The translations under genes and the position numbers were made by a program. Shown here one piece after another: positions 1-9,019 of a stretch of DNA of 64,000 nt. The notes beneath the pieces are model-generated. The model saw nothing but the letters and a program-made list of their open reading frames with translations, was not told the origin of the DNA and ran no database searches. The stretch comes from Acidobacteriota bacterium. GTDB lineage: Bacteria; Acidobacteriota; Thermoanaerobaculia; Gp7-AA8. Location of the stretch: the NCBI GenBank assembly GCA_019244185.1, contig JAFATB010000023.1, positions 160,001 to 224,000 of the forward strand, given 5' to 3'. Each line of letters opens with the position of its first letter. The first letter of the stretch is position 1.

Positions 1-1
1 T

Positions 2-85
2 CCGCCGAGCGGCGTGCGCGTCATCGAGGCGCCGGAACTGCGCGCGCGCGAGCCGCTCACGCCGGCACGCGTCGTCACGACATAA
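2..85 (+). CDS. 3' end of a gene entering from the left edge (partial)
   Basis: Frame 2 is open with GC3-rich codons (PPSGVRVIEAPELRAREPLTPARVVTT) up to TAA at 83-85; too short to identify. Confidence 0.35.
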   Translation, partial: PPSGVRVIEAPELRAREPLTPARVVTT

Positions 86-126
86 CGCGTCCCGACGTTC
101 GCGCGCGCAACGCCGTATCAACGGAC

Positions 127-756
127 ATGCATCGCGCCACACTCGTCCTGCTCGTTCTCCTGCTCGCCGCGTTGCCGGCATCGGCCGGCTGGTGGCCGTC
201 GTTCAGTCCGCGCACGCTGCAGCTCGAGGTCGGCGATCAGACGTCGGTCGAGGTGCATGCGGTGTGGAGTGGCCTCGTCGACTACGGCAACGGCATCCAC
301 TGGACGTTCCGCAGCGACGACTCATGGGTGGCGACGGCGAACGCCAGCGTCAACGATCAGGGCTCGCACCTCGTGCCGATCGAGGCGGTCGGTCCGGGCA
401 CGGCGCGCATCTGTCTCGGCAACAGCGGCGACTCGTGCTACGTCACGATCTTCGTTCGCTGCGGCGAGGAAGCGCCCGTGCGCGCGGCGCAGCCGGTCCT
501 GCGCGCCGAACTGCACCAGCCGGTGACGCTGTCGGTGGTCACGCCGATCGCGCAGCGCACGCACTTCACGTGGTTCCGCGGCCGCATGGGCGACCGCTCG
601 CAGCCGCTCGACGCCGCGAGCGCCGAGATCACGTTCGCGCCCGACGCGTACGACGCGCAGTACGTTTGGGTCTCTGCCGTGACGTCGTGCTCGACGAGCA
701 GCGCGGAGTTCCGCATCGACGTGCCGCGTCCGCGCCAGCACGCGGTGCGTCACTAA
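127..756 (+). CDS. Secreted hypothetical protein with Ig-like beta-rich segments and a basic C-terminal tail
   Basis: Signal peptide MHRATLVLLVLLLAALPASA; beta-strand-rich with paired Cys; ends PRPRQHAVRH. Confidence 0.75.
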   Translation: MHRATLVLLVLLLAALPASAGWWPSFSPRTLQLEVGDQTSVEVHAVWSGLVDYGNGIHWTFRSDDSWVATANASVNDQGSHLVPIEAVGPGTARICLGNSGDSCYVTIFVRCGEEAPVRAAQPVLRAELHQPVTLSVVTPIAQRTHFTWFRGRMGDRSQPLDAASAEITFAPDAYDAQYVWVSAVTSCSTSSAEFRIDVPRPRQHAVRH

Positions 757-1970
757 CGCGACGTACGCAACACCGACTCGAGCTCGTCGGGCCGCGACGA
801 GCGCACGCGCGCGTCGTCGATCGTGATGAGGCCGTCCGCGACGAGCTTCGCCAGTGAGTCTTCGAGCGAGATCATGCCCTGCCGCTTGCCGAGCGTGATC
901 TCCGTGGCGAGGTTCTGCAGGCGCTCGTTGCGGATGTGATTGCGCACGGCCTGATTCGCGAGCAGCACTTCCACGGCGACGGCGCGGCCCTGATTGTCGG
1001 CGCGCGGAATCAGCTGCTGCACGACGATGGCGTTGAGGCTGAGCGCGAGCTGTTGCTTGATCTGCGTCTGCTGCGCCGGCGGGAAGACGTCCACAATGCG
1101 ATGGATGGCCTGCGCGGCGTCGCTCGTGTGCAGCGTCGAGAGGATCAGATGTCCCGTCTCCGCGGCGGTGAGCGCGGTGGCGACGGTCTCGAGGTCGCGC
1201 ATTTCGCCGACGAGGATGACGTCGGGATCCTGCCGCAGCGACGCGCGCAGCGCCGCGGCGAATGAAGGCGCGTCGCGTCCCACTTCAACCTGCTCGATGA
1301 TCGACTTTGCGTTGCGGTGCTCGTACTCGATCGGGTCTTCGATCGTGATGACGTGCCGCGCGTCGTTGCGATTCACCTCGCCGACGAGCGCCGCGAGGGT
1401 CGTCGACTTGCCCGAGCCGGTCGGGCCGCAGACGAGCACGAGTCCGCGCGTCGGCTTCACCAGTTCGCCGAGCGCCGGCGGCAGACGCAGTTGCGTGAGC
1501 GTCGGCACTTCCGTCGGCAGCGCGCGCACCGACGCCGCCCACGTTCCACGCTGCCGGTGCACGTTGACGCGGAACCGCCCCGCGCGCCGGTCATCCTCGG
1601 ATGCCGGGCCCGCGAGCCGCAGCGAGAAGTCGGCGGCGCCTTCCGCGTCGATCTTCTCGCGCAGCCGCAACGTCAGAAGGCTGCCGAGGAGATTGTGGAT
1701 GTCGTCGGAGGTGAGCGGAGCGTCGGCCGTGCGCGCGAGACGTCCGCCGACGCGCAGCACCGGCGGCACACCGGCGACGATGAGCAGATCGCTCGCGCCG
1801 CGCTGCGCCATGTCGATGAGCAGCTTCTCGAGCGGATTCCCTTCCGCGACGGTCGCGGACGGCCACGCCGCCGCCGGAGTGGCGGCACGCGCCTCGTCGG
1901 GCGCCGGCTCGACGTCGTTGAGCTCGCGCACGAGCTGCTCGAGTTGCGGATCGCGAATCAGCTTGGCCAT
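753..1970 (-). CDS. pilT: Type IV pilus retraction ATPase, PilT/PilU family
   Basis: ASDL motif, Walker A GPTGSGKST, TIEDPIE Asp box, LRQDPDVILVGEMRD, His box GHLILSTLH; start taken at ATG 1970. Confidence 0.9.
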   Translation of the reverse strand: MAKLIRDPQLEQLVRELNDVEPAPDEARAATPAAAWPSATVAEGNPLEKLLIDMAQRGASDLLIVAGVPPVLRVGGRLARTADAPLTSDDIHNLLGSLLTLRLREKIDAEGAADFSLRLAGPASEDDRRAGRFRVNVHRQRGTWAASVRALPTEVPTLTQLRLPPALGELVKPTRGLVLVCGPTGSGKSTTLAALVGEVNRNDARHVITIEDPIEYEHRNAKSIIEQVEVGRDAPSFAAALRASLRQDPDVILVGEMRDLETVATALTAAETGHLILSTLHTSDAAQAIHRIVDVFPPAQQTQIKQQLALSLNAIVVQQLIPRADNQGRAVAVEVLLANQAVRNHIRNERLQNLATEITLGKRQGMISLEDSLAKLVADGLITIDDARVRSSRPDELESVLRTSR

Positions 1971-2087
1971 GCGCTCTCGTGTACGAACGAAGCGTGCCAC
2001 AGGTCACGCCGCACGTTCACCGCTCGTTTGCCGCGCGCGGTTTCGTTTCGCGGAACGCGGGGGTCGAACGATGACGAGGAGGAAGTC

Positions 2088-2861
2088 ATGTTCGAGACCT
2101 CAGTCATCCGCGCCCAGGCCGCCGCAGCACGAGGCCGCGTTCCGCTGCTCGGCATCTCCATCGTCGCGCACAGCGCCGTCGTGATCGGCGCGGTCGCGGT
2201 CAGCATCGCCTCCGTCAGCTTCCCCATGCACGCGCCGAAAGAGTTCGCGCGCGCGCCGCTGCTGATGCAGGTCAGCGTTCCGCCGCCCCTCGGCAATCCG
2301 AACGCCGGCGCGCCGCACAAGCCGCAGCAGCCGCAGCCCGCGCAGAAGCCGCAGACGCCGCCGCCCACCGCGATCACCGCACCGCCACAGACGCCCGCGA
2401 CCATCACGCCCGCCGCGCAGCCGCCATCGACCGCGTCGAACGATGCGCCGGCCACCGGCAGCGGCACCGAATCCGGCCCCATCGGCCAGCCGTGGGGCGT
2501 CGCCGGCTCGCTGGGCGATCTCGATGCGCCGCCCGCGACGTCCACGATTCCCGCGACGCCGCCCGTCGAAGAGCGCGTCTATCGGGTCGGTGAAGTGAAA
2601 GCGCCCGTGCTGCTGCGCCGCGTCGAGCCGACGTATCCGCCGATGTTCGTCCGCGCGCACATGCCGGGCAAAGTCGCGCTGCACTGCATCATCGACAAGA
2701 ACGGACGCGTGCGCGACGCGCAGGTCGTGTTCGCGACGAACAGCGCGTTCGCCGACGCCGTGCTGCGCTCACTCGACGGCTGGCGCTACACGCCCGCGTC
2801 GCTGCACGGCGAAGCGGTGGATTGTTACCTCGATCTCTCCGTCGACTTCGGCGTGCACTGA
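2088..2861 (+). CDS. TonB family energy transducer
   Basis: SD GAGGAGG before ATG 2088; TM helix with SIVAH (SxxxH); Pro/Thr-rich linker; TonB C-terminal domain (PTYPP...IDKNGRV...WRYTPA). Confidence 0.85.
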   Translation: MFETSVIRAQAAAARGRVPLLGISIVAHSAVVIGAVAVSIASVSFPMHAPKEFARAPLLMQVSVPPPLGNPNAGAPHKPQQPQPAQKPQTPPPTAITAPPQTPATITPAAQPPSTASNDAPATGSGTESGPIGQPWGVAGSLGDLDAPPATSTIPATPPVEERVYRVGEVKAPVLLRRVEPTYPPMFVRAHMPGKVALHCIIDKNGRVRDAQVVFATNSAFADAVLRSLDGWRYTPASLHGEAVDCYLDLSVDFGVH

Positions 2862-2877
2862 TGTACGGAAGCGGCGC

Positions 2878-3807
2878 TCATGACTCCGGCGCCACTTCAT
2901 CCGCGGACACGATCGGCGGCTTCGACCACGACGTCACGTACACGACGCCGACGATGCCGCCGATCGTGAGCAGCGAGCCGAAGGCGGCGAGCGCGGTGAT
3001 CGGCTCGTGGATGAGCGTCGCGCCGAGGATCATCGAGACGATGACGGCGAGCTGCGAGATCACGCCGACCGTCATCGCGTCGACCCAGCGCAGCGAGAAC
3101 GTGAGCAGCAGCTGCGCGGCGATGGCGAAGAGCGACGTCGCCGCGAGCGAGGTCCACTCGTCGCCGCGCGGCGTCTGCCACGAGGAGATGCCGCCCGGCG
3201 CCGTCGTGAAGAGACCGAGCAGGCAGAAGCTCGCATAGACCGCCCACGAGTTCTCGCCGCGCCGCGCCGCGCGCATCGCCGTCACCGCCACGCCCGACGA
3301 AACCGCCGACATCACGCCGACGAGCTCCCACCGTCCGAAGCCGAGGATGTCGCCCGGCTGCGCGTGCGCATGCACGACGAGGAAGACGCCGGCCAGTGCG
3401 ATCGGCGCGGGAATCAGCACCTTCGCGCTGATGCGCTCTCCAAGAAAGAGCATCGAGAAGATCCCGCTGAAGAGCGGCGCGGTGTAGTTGAGGAGCGTGG
3501 CCACGCCGACGCTGATGTGCGCGATGGCGATGAAGTAGCAGAGCACCGCGATCCCGCCGAAGAAGCCGCGCAGGAACAGGAGGTCGAGCCGCTGGAACGT
3601 GAGCGCGCTGCGGCGGTAGCGCGGCACGAGCAGCGCGGGCAAGAGCCCGACCGCGAAGCGGATCATCGCCACCTCGGAACCGGACAGCCGCGCCGAGGCG
3701 AGCTTCGCCGCGAATGCCATCGCGCCGAAGCACGTCGCCGATGCGGTCATGAGCAGGAGCGCGCGCTGCGTCGCGCGCACGTCGCGAGGCGGATTTGCTA
3801 TCGTCAA
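2878..3807 (-). CDS. DMT/EamA family transporter
   Basis: About 10 hydrophobic helices in two repeats; ATLLNYTAPLF and FLGERIS motifs. Confidence 0.88.
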   Translation of the reverse strand: MTIANPPRDVRATQRALLLMTASATCFGAMAFAAKLASARLSGSEVAMIRFAVGLLPALLVPRYRRSALTFQRLDLLFLRGFFGGIAVLCYFIAIAHISVGVATLLNYTAPLFSGIFSMLFLGERISAKVLIPAPIALAGVFLVVHAHAQPGDILGFGRWELVGVMSAVSSGVAVTAMRAARRGENSWAVYASFCLLGLFTTAPGGISSWQTPRGDEWTSLAATSLFAIAAQLLLTFSLRWVDAMTVGVISQLAVIVSMILGATLIHEPITALAAFGSLLTIGGIVGVVYVTSWSKPPIVSADEVAPES

Positions 3808-3824
3808 CCGGGGGGAGATTATCC

Positions 3825-4292
3825 ATGAGCGAAGTGCTGGTGCGCGCCGCGAGTCGCGACGATGCGCCGACGATCGTCGCGTTTCAGCTGGCCATGGCGC
3901 GCGAGACCGAGGAGCTCGCGCTCGACGTCGACGTGCTCGCGCGCGGCGTCGAAGCGGTGTTCGCCGATCCGTCGAAAGGCCGCTACTTCGTCGTCGAATG
4001 CGACCGCGAGGTGGTCGCGTCGCTGATGATCACCTACGAATGGAGCGACTGGCGCAACGGCACCGTCTGGTGGATCCAGAGCGTCTACGTCCTTCCCGCG
4101 CAGCGCAAGCGCGGCCTCTACGCATCGCTGTACCGCCACGTCCAGTCGCTCATCGCCGATGACGCGAGCGTCCGCGGCATCCGCCTGTATGTGGACGAAC
4201 GCAACGTTCCGGCACAACAGGTTTACGCGAGGCTGGGGATGAATGGGGAACACTATCGCGTGTTCGAGTGGATGAAAGAGATGAAAAGCTGA
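3825..4292 (+). CDS. GNAT family N-acetyltransferase
   Basis: EWSDWRNG..WWIQSVYV, acetyl-CoA motif QRKRGLY, N..AQ.VY..LG. Confidence 0.9.
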   Translation: MSEVLVRAASRDDAPTIVAFQLAMARETEELALDVDVLARGVEAVFADPSKGRYFVVECDREVVASLMITYEWSDWRNGTVWWIQSVYVLPAQRKRGLYASLYRHVQSLIADDASVRGIRLYVDERNVPAQQVYARLGMNGEHYRVFEWMKEMKS

Positions 4293-4386
4293 ATGAAGAA
4301 TGCAGAACGCAGAATGAAGAATTGAGAAGGGGAGGCCGGTCCTCTTTCTACGTTCTTCATTCTGCGTTCTGCGTTCTTCATTCAGC
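4288..4386. repeat. 34-bp inverted repeat built from heptamer units (GAATGAA/GAATGCA/GAACGCA)
   Basis: 4288-4321 GCTGAATGAAGAATGCAGAACGCAGAATGAAGAA matches the reverse complement of 4353-4386 with 1 mismatch (G-U compatible). Confidence 0.9.
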
Positions 4387-4402
4387 CTCTAAAAGGAGTT
4401 CC

Positions 4403-7141
4403 ATGCGCCGCCTCCTGCTGATTTCCGTGCTCCTCGCCACCAGCGCGTTTGCGCTGCCTCCCAACGTCGAGCAGCTCGACACCTACAAAGGCGTCACGCA
4501 GTACCGGCTCAAGTCGAATCAGATGACGCTGCTCCTCGTGCCGGATCACACCAGTCCCGTGTTCACGTTCATGGTCGTGTATCACGTCGGCTCGCGGAAC
4601 GAGGCGCCGGGGAACACCGGCTCGGCGCATCTGCTCGAGCACATGATCTTCAACAAGTCGACCGAGCATTTCGGCCGCGCGAAAGGGCACAAGACGTTTC
4701 AGGAAGTGCTCTACGAGGCGGGCGCGGACTTCTCGTCGACGAACATGACCACGTGGTACGACCGGATGAACGGCTACTCGACGCTGCCGTCGGACAAGCT
4801 CGAGCTGGCGATGCAGATCGAGGCCGATCGTCTCGGCCGCGCGCTCATCATCGACACGGAACGGCAGTCCGAGATGTCGGTCGTGCGCAACGAGTACGAG
4901 ATCAGCGAGAACAATCCGTTTCAGGTGCTGCTGAAGTCGACCGTTGCCGCCGCGATTCAGGCGCACCCGTATCACTGGTCGACGATCGGCTACCGCTCGG
5001 ACATCGAAGGCGTGTCGACCGATCAGCTGCGCGCGCACTACAAGAACTTCTTCTGGCCGAACAACGCGGAGGCGGTACTCGTCGGCGACTTCGATCCCGA
5101 CGCCGCGCTGGCATTGTTCGATCGCGAGTTCGGCAGCTTCGCGCCGTCGCCGCAGCCGATCCCGCGCGTCATCACGGTCGAGCCGCCGCAGGAAGGGGAG
5201 CGCCGCGCGGTCGTGCAGCGTCCCGGCACGATCGGCATGGTGATGCTCGGCTACATGCGTCCCGGCGCGTCGCATCCCGACTTCATGCCGTTCGAGGTGC
5301 TCGCGTCGATCCTCAGCGACGGCGTCAACGCGCGGCTCAACCGCGCGCTCGTCGAGACGGGCCTCGCGACGAGCGTGAACGCGAACAACTTCGCGTTGCG
5401 CGATCCGTATCCGTTCCTCGTCGATGCGACGCTCGCCGGCGGCAAGACGCACGCGGAAGTCGAGAGCGCGCTGAAGGCCGCGCTCGCAGACGTGGCCACG
5501 AACGGCGTGACGGATGAGGAGCTGAAGCGCGCGCAGAAGCAACTCGAGCTCGCCGTCACGCGCGGCCGCGATGGCACTTACCAATACGCCGCGAACCTCG
5601 GCGAGGCGATCGCGTCCGCGAACTGGAAATGGTTCCTCGACTACGTCGACGCCGTCAACGCCGTGACGAAAGACGACATCAAGCGCGTCGCCGCGACGTA
5701 CCTCATCCCGAACCACGCCACCGTCGGCTGGTTCGTTCCGACCGCGAACACGAAGACCGCCGACGCCGCCGTTCCCGCGACGCCGGCCGCATCGCCCGCG
5801 CGCATCGGGAGCGCTTCGTCGACGGAGACGGCAACGACGAAGGCCGCGAAGCCCGCGCCGGCGAAGACCACCTTCGCGCAGCGCACCACGCATCGCGTGC
5901 TGCGCAACGGCATCACGCTCGACATCGTCGAGAACCACGCGCGGCCGACCGTCGCGCTGCGCGGCGTCGTCTTCGCGGGGGACACCGCGGCTCCGGCGAA
6001 TCAGCCCGCCATCGCCGCGCTCACCGCGAAGATGCTCGAGCGCGGCACGAAGACGCGCACGAAAGAAGAGATCGGACGGCTCATCGACGACGTCGGCGCG
6101 ACGCTCTACTTCACGCCGGCCGCGACGGAAGTCTCGATCGTCTCCACCGGCATGGCGCGCGATCTGCCGCTCGTGCTCGACGTCCTCGGCGACGAGCTGC
6201 AGCATCCGGCGTTCGCCGCCGACGAGCTGGCGAAAGCGAAGAAGGAGTACGAGACCGACGTGCTGCGCGCCGACGACAACACGTCGCAGCGCGCGATGGA
6301 GCGCCTGAACCAGCTCGTCTATCCCGAGGGGCATCCGTATCACCCCGCGGGGCGCGAGAAACTGCTCGCCAGTAGCAACGCCATCGGCGCGGAGCAGCTG
6401 CGCGCGTTCCACGCCGCGCACTACAACGGCGCGGGGCTGATCCTCGCCATCGTCGGCGACGTCGACACCGCGAAGACGATCGCGCTCGTCGAGAAGTTGC
6501 TCGGCGGTCTGCCGAAAGGCGAGCGCGTCTCATTCACGCAGCTCGCGCGCACGAATGCATCGACCGGCGGCGCGCGTGAGGCGCTCACGATGCGCGGCAA
6601 GGCCAACATGAACATCGTCATGGGATCGGCCAGCGGGTTGCGCCGCACCGATCCCGACTACGAGGCCGCGCTCGTCGCGAACGCCGCGCTCGGCCAGAAC
6701 GCGCTCTCCTCGCGCATCGGCAAGCGCGTCCGCGACACGGAGGGACTCTCGTACAACCTCTTCTCACGGTTCGGCGCGGATCTCATCGACGGCCTCTGGT
6801 ACGTCAACGTCAACGTCGCGCCGCAGAACCTCGCCAAGGCGATGCAGTCGACGCGCGAGGAGATCGACAAGTTCGCGCGCGAGGGCGTGACGGACGAGGA
6901 AGTCGCGGCGCAGAAGAGCTTCTTCGCCGGCAACTATCAGGTCGGCCTCGGCTCGAACGGCGGCATCGCGGCGGCGCTCGCGAGTGCGGAGAAGTACGGC
7001 TTCGGCCCGAAGTACCTCGACGAGTTCCCGGCGCGCGTGCGCGCGGTGACGAAGGATCAGGTCAACGCGGCCATGCGCGCGCATCTCTTCGCGGACAAAC
7101 TCAATCTCATCGTTGCCGGAGATCTGGAAAAGCTGCCGTAG
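4403..7141 (+). CDS. M16 (pitrilysin) family zinc peptidase, single-chain two-module form
   Basis: SD AAGGAG; signal peptide; HLLEH (HxxEH) in the N-terminal half; C-terminal half lacks HxxEH and has the R...GLSY motif. Confidence 0.92.
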   Translation: MRRLLLISVLLATSAFALPPNVEQLDTYKGVTQYRLKSNQMTLLLVPDHTSPVFTFMVVYHVGSRNEAPGNTGSAHLLEHMIFNKSTEHFGRAKGHKTFQEVLYEAGADFSSTNMTTWYDRMNGYSTLPSDKLELAMQIEADRLGRALIIDTERQSEMSVVRNEYEISENNPFQVLLKSTVAAAIQAHPYHWSTIGYRSDIEGVSTDQLRAHYKNFFWPNNAEAVLVGDFDPDAALALFDREFGSFAPSPQPIPRVITVEPPQEGERRAVVQRPGTIGMVMLGYMRPGASHPDFMPFEVLASILSDGVNARLNRALVETGLATSVNANNFALRDPYPFLVDATLAGGKTHAEVESALKAALADVATNGVTDEELKRAQKQLELAVTRGRDGTYQYAANLGEAIASANWKWFLDYVDAVNAVTKDDIKRVAATYLIPNHATVGWFVPTANTKTADAAVPATPAASPARIGSASSTETATTKAAKPAPAKTTFAQRTTHRVLRNGITLDIVENHARPTVALRGVVFAGDTAAPANQPAIAALTAKMLERGTKTRTKEEIGRLIDDVGATLYFTPAATEVSIVSTGMARDLPLVLDVLGDELQHPAFAADELAKAKKEYETDVLRADDNTSQRAMERLNQLVYPEGHPYHPAGREKLLASSNAIGAEQLRAFHAAHYNGAGLILAIVGDVDTAKTIALVEKLLGGLPKGERVSFTQLARTNASTGGAREALTMRGKANMNIVMGSASGLRRTDPDYEAALVANAALGQNALSSRIGKRVRDTEGLSYNLFSRFGADLIDGLWYVNVNVAPQNLAKAMQSTREEIDKFAREGVTDEEVAAQKSFFAGNYQVGLGSNGGIAAALASAEKYGFGPKYLDEFPARVRAVTKDQVNAAMRAHLFADKLNLIVAGDLEKLP

Positions 7142-7201
7142 AATGACGGTGTCATGTCGTTGCTCGGCTTCGTGCGCATGTTTTTTCGTGGAGGTTCGCA
7201 G

Positions 7202-7639
7202 ATGCTTCAGCCCGGCGACACCGCGCCTGACTTCGATGCCGTCGATCACAACGGCAACCGCGTGCGGCTGCGCGACCTGCGCGGCAAGAAGGTCGTGCTC
7301 TGGTTCTATCCGAAAGCCGACACACCCGGTTGAACGCGTGAAGGTTCCGGGTTCCGGGACCTCGCGGGCGAGTACGAGAAAAAGAACGCGCGCATCCTCG
7401 GCGTGAGCTTCGATACGCCGGAAGAGAACCGCAAGTTCGCCGAGAAGTTCAAATTCAACTTCCCGCTCCTGTGCGACACCGACCGCAAGATCGGGCTCGC
7501 GTACGGCGCGGCGACGAAGGCATCGGACGAATACGCGAGCCGCATCGCCTACGTCATCGACGAGAACGGCAAGATCGCGCAGGCGCACCCGAAAGTCGAC
7601 GCGTCGAGCTATCCGGCGATGCAGCTGAACGACTTGTAA
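7202..7639 (+). CDS. bcp: Selenocysteine-containing peroxiredoxin (BCP/PrxQ family); UGA 7331-7333 read as Sec
   Basis: GGAGGT SD then MLQPGDTAPDF...VVLWFYPKADTPG-TGA-TREGSGFRD...ILGVSFD...FPLLCD; TGA sits at the peroxidatic Cys of PxxxTxxC and the frame continues into ORF 7403..7639. Alternative in-frame ATG at 7154. Confidence 0.88.
7335..7366 (+). promoter_or_regulatory. Bacterial SECIS-like stem-loop
   Basis: CGCG-TGA-AGGTTCCGG-GTT-CCGGGACCT-CGCG directly after the UGA: 9-bp upper stem, bulge, 4-bp lower stem, G-starting apical loop about 17 nt after the UGA. Confidence 0.7.
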
Positions 7640-7709
7640 CAGCGTTCGCTGCAACTATTTCCGCTCTCGAACGAATACAGCCTCCAGACAAGCTCTCGGA
7701 GGTCTGTAC

Positions 7710-8936
7710 ATGAGCGCGAAGCGGAAACGGAAGATCACCATCGTCTCGGTCATCCTGCTGATCGTCGTCATCGGCGGCGCGGTGGCCATCAAGGCGAGCA
7801 CGAAAGACAAGAAGGCGCCGGAATCGCCGGTGAAGACCGGCAAGGCGGAAGTGGCCGACATTCAGGTCAAGGTGACCGAGGTCGGCACCGTCGAGCCGGA
7901 AGTGAAAGTCGACGTCAAGTCGGCGCTCTCCGGAAAAGTCGTCGAGATCCTGCATCGCGACGGCGACGTCGTGCGTCGCGGCGACGTTCTCGCGCGCGTC
8001 GAGCCCGACCTCAATCAGGCGCAGTCGCTCGCCGAGACGAAGAGCTCCCTCACCGCGACGGAGATCCGCTTCAACGAGGCGAAGAAAAACTACGAGGCGG
8101 ACAACCAGCTCTTCCTCCAGGGGCTGCTTGCGCCGAAAGCACATCGCGACACCGAGACCGCCTACTTCGAAGCGCGCGAGGAGTACGACAAGGCGCGCCA
8201 GAAGTACGCCATCGTCGAGAAGAGCGGCATTCCCATCAGCCAGTCCGCCGAGAACTTCCAGGGCTCGAACGTCGTCGCTCCGATGGACGGCGTGGTCCTG
8301 ACCAAGAACGTCGAGATCGGCGAGTCGATCACCTCCGGCGTCTCGTCGTTCAACGCCGGCACCGTGCTCTTCACGGTTGCCGACACCTCGCGCATGATCG
8401 TGAAGGCGGGCGTCAACGAAGTCGACATCGGCAAGATCCACGTGGCCATGCCGGTGAAGGTCACGCTCGACGCGTATCCGAAAGTCGTCTTCAAGGGCAA
8501 GATCGACCGCATCGCGCCTGCCGTGCGCATCGACGACAAGGTGCGCGTGTTCGACGTCGAGATCCGTCTCGACGCGCAGGGCCGCGAGCTCCGCTCCGGC
8601 ATGACCGCGAACATCGAAGTGATCGGCGAGCGCAAGGACAAGGTCCTCAGCGTGCCGGTGGAATCGGTCTTCAAGCGCGACGAACAGGAAATCGTCTACG
8701 TGAAGAAGGCGGTCGATCCGAAGGCGCTGGCCGCGGAGCCGAAGAAGCTCGAAGGCGAAGCGAAGAAGCAGGCCGAGAAGGACGCATGGAAGAAGTTCTT
8801 CGAGAAGCGTCCGGTGGTCACCGGCCTCGCCGACAACGGGCGCGTCGAGATCCTCAGCGGCGTGAAGCCGGGCGACGAGATCGCCATCGAAGATCCGACC
8901 GTCACCAAAGACAAGAACGACGACAACGACGATTAG
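7710..8936 (+). CDS. Efflux periplasmic adaptor subunit (MacA/HlyD-like)
   Basis: N-terminal TM; lipoyl-like motifs SGKVVEILHRDGDVVRRGDVLA and APMDGVV; LRSGMTAN. Confidence 0.9.
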   Translation: MSAKRKRKITIVSVILLIVVIGGAVAIKASTKDKKAPESPVKTGKAEVADIQVKVTEVGTVEPEVKVDVKSALSGKVVEILHRDGDVVRRGDVLARVEPDLNQAQSLAETKSSLTATEIRFNEAKKNYEADNQLFLQGLLAPKAHRDTETAYFEAREEYDKARQKYAIVEKSGIPISQSAENFQGSNVVAPMDGVVLTKNVEIGESITSGVSSFNAGTVLFTVADTSRMIVKAGVNEVDIGKIHVAMPVKVTLDAYPKVVFKGKIDRIAPAVRIDDKVRVFDVEIRLDAQGRELRSGMTANIEVIGERKDKVLSVPVESVFKRDEQEIVYVKKAVDPKALAAEPKKLEGEAKKQAEKDAWKKFFEKRPVVTGLADNGRVEILSGVKPGDEIAIEDPTVTKDKNDDNDD

Positions 8937-8944
8937 TTGCTGAC

Positions 8945-9000
8945 GCTGGCGCGATCGCGCGTGGCCGGCGGGCACCGGGCAAACGCGCGATCGCGACAGC
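8945..9000. repeat. Intra-operonic stem-loop (18-bp arms, 1 mismatch)
   Basis: GCTGGCGCGATCGCGCGT (8945-8962) vs ACGCGCGATCGCGACAGC (8983-9000). Confidence 0.75.
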
Positions 9001-9019
9001 CGAGGCGACGGAGCACATC

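Noticed and set aside
1984-2000. Sigma54-like TGGCACG upstream of pilT (minus strand)
   Set aside because: The -12 position reads TC rather than GC at GG-N10 spacing
7331-7333. Peroxiredoxin considered as a pseudogene with a premature stop
   Set aside because: The stop is TGA exactly at the catalytic Cys, both halves are intact, and a SECIS-like hairpin follows; Sec recoding fits better
7652-7680. Possible ECF-sigma promoter (GCAACT...CGAATA) before the efflux operon
   Set aside because: Single instance of a degenerate motif with no cognate sigma factor in the window
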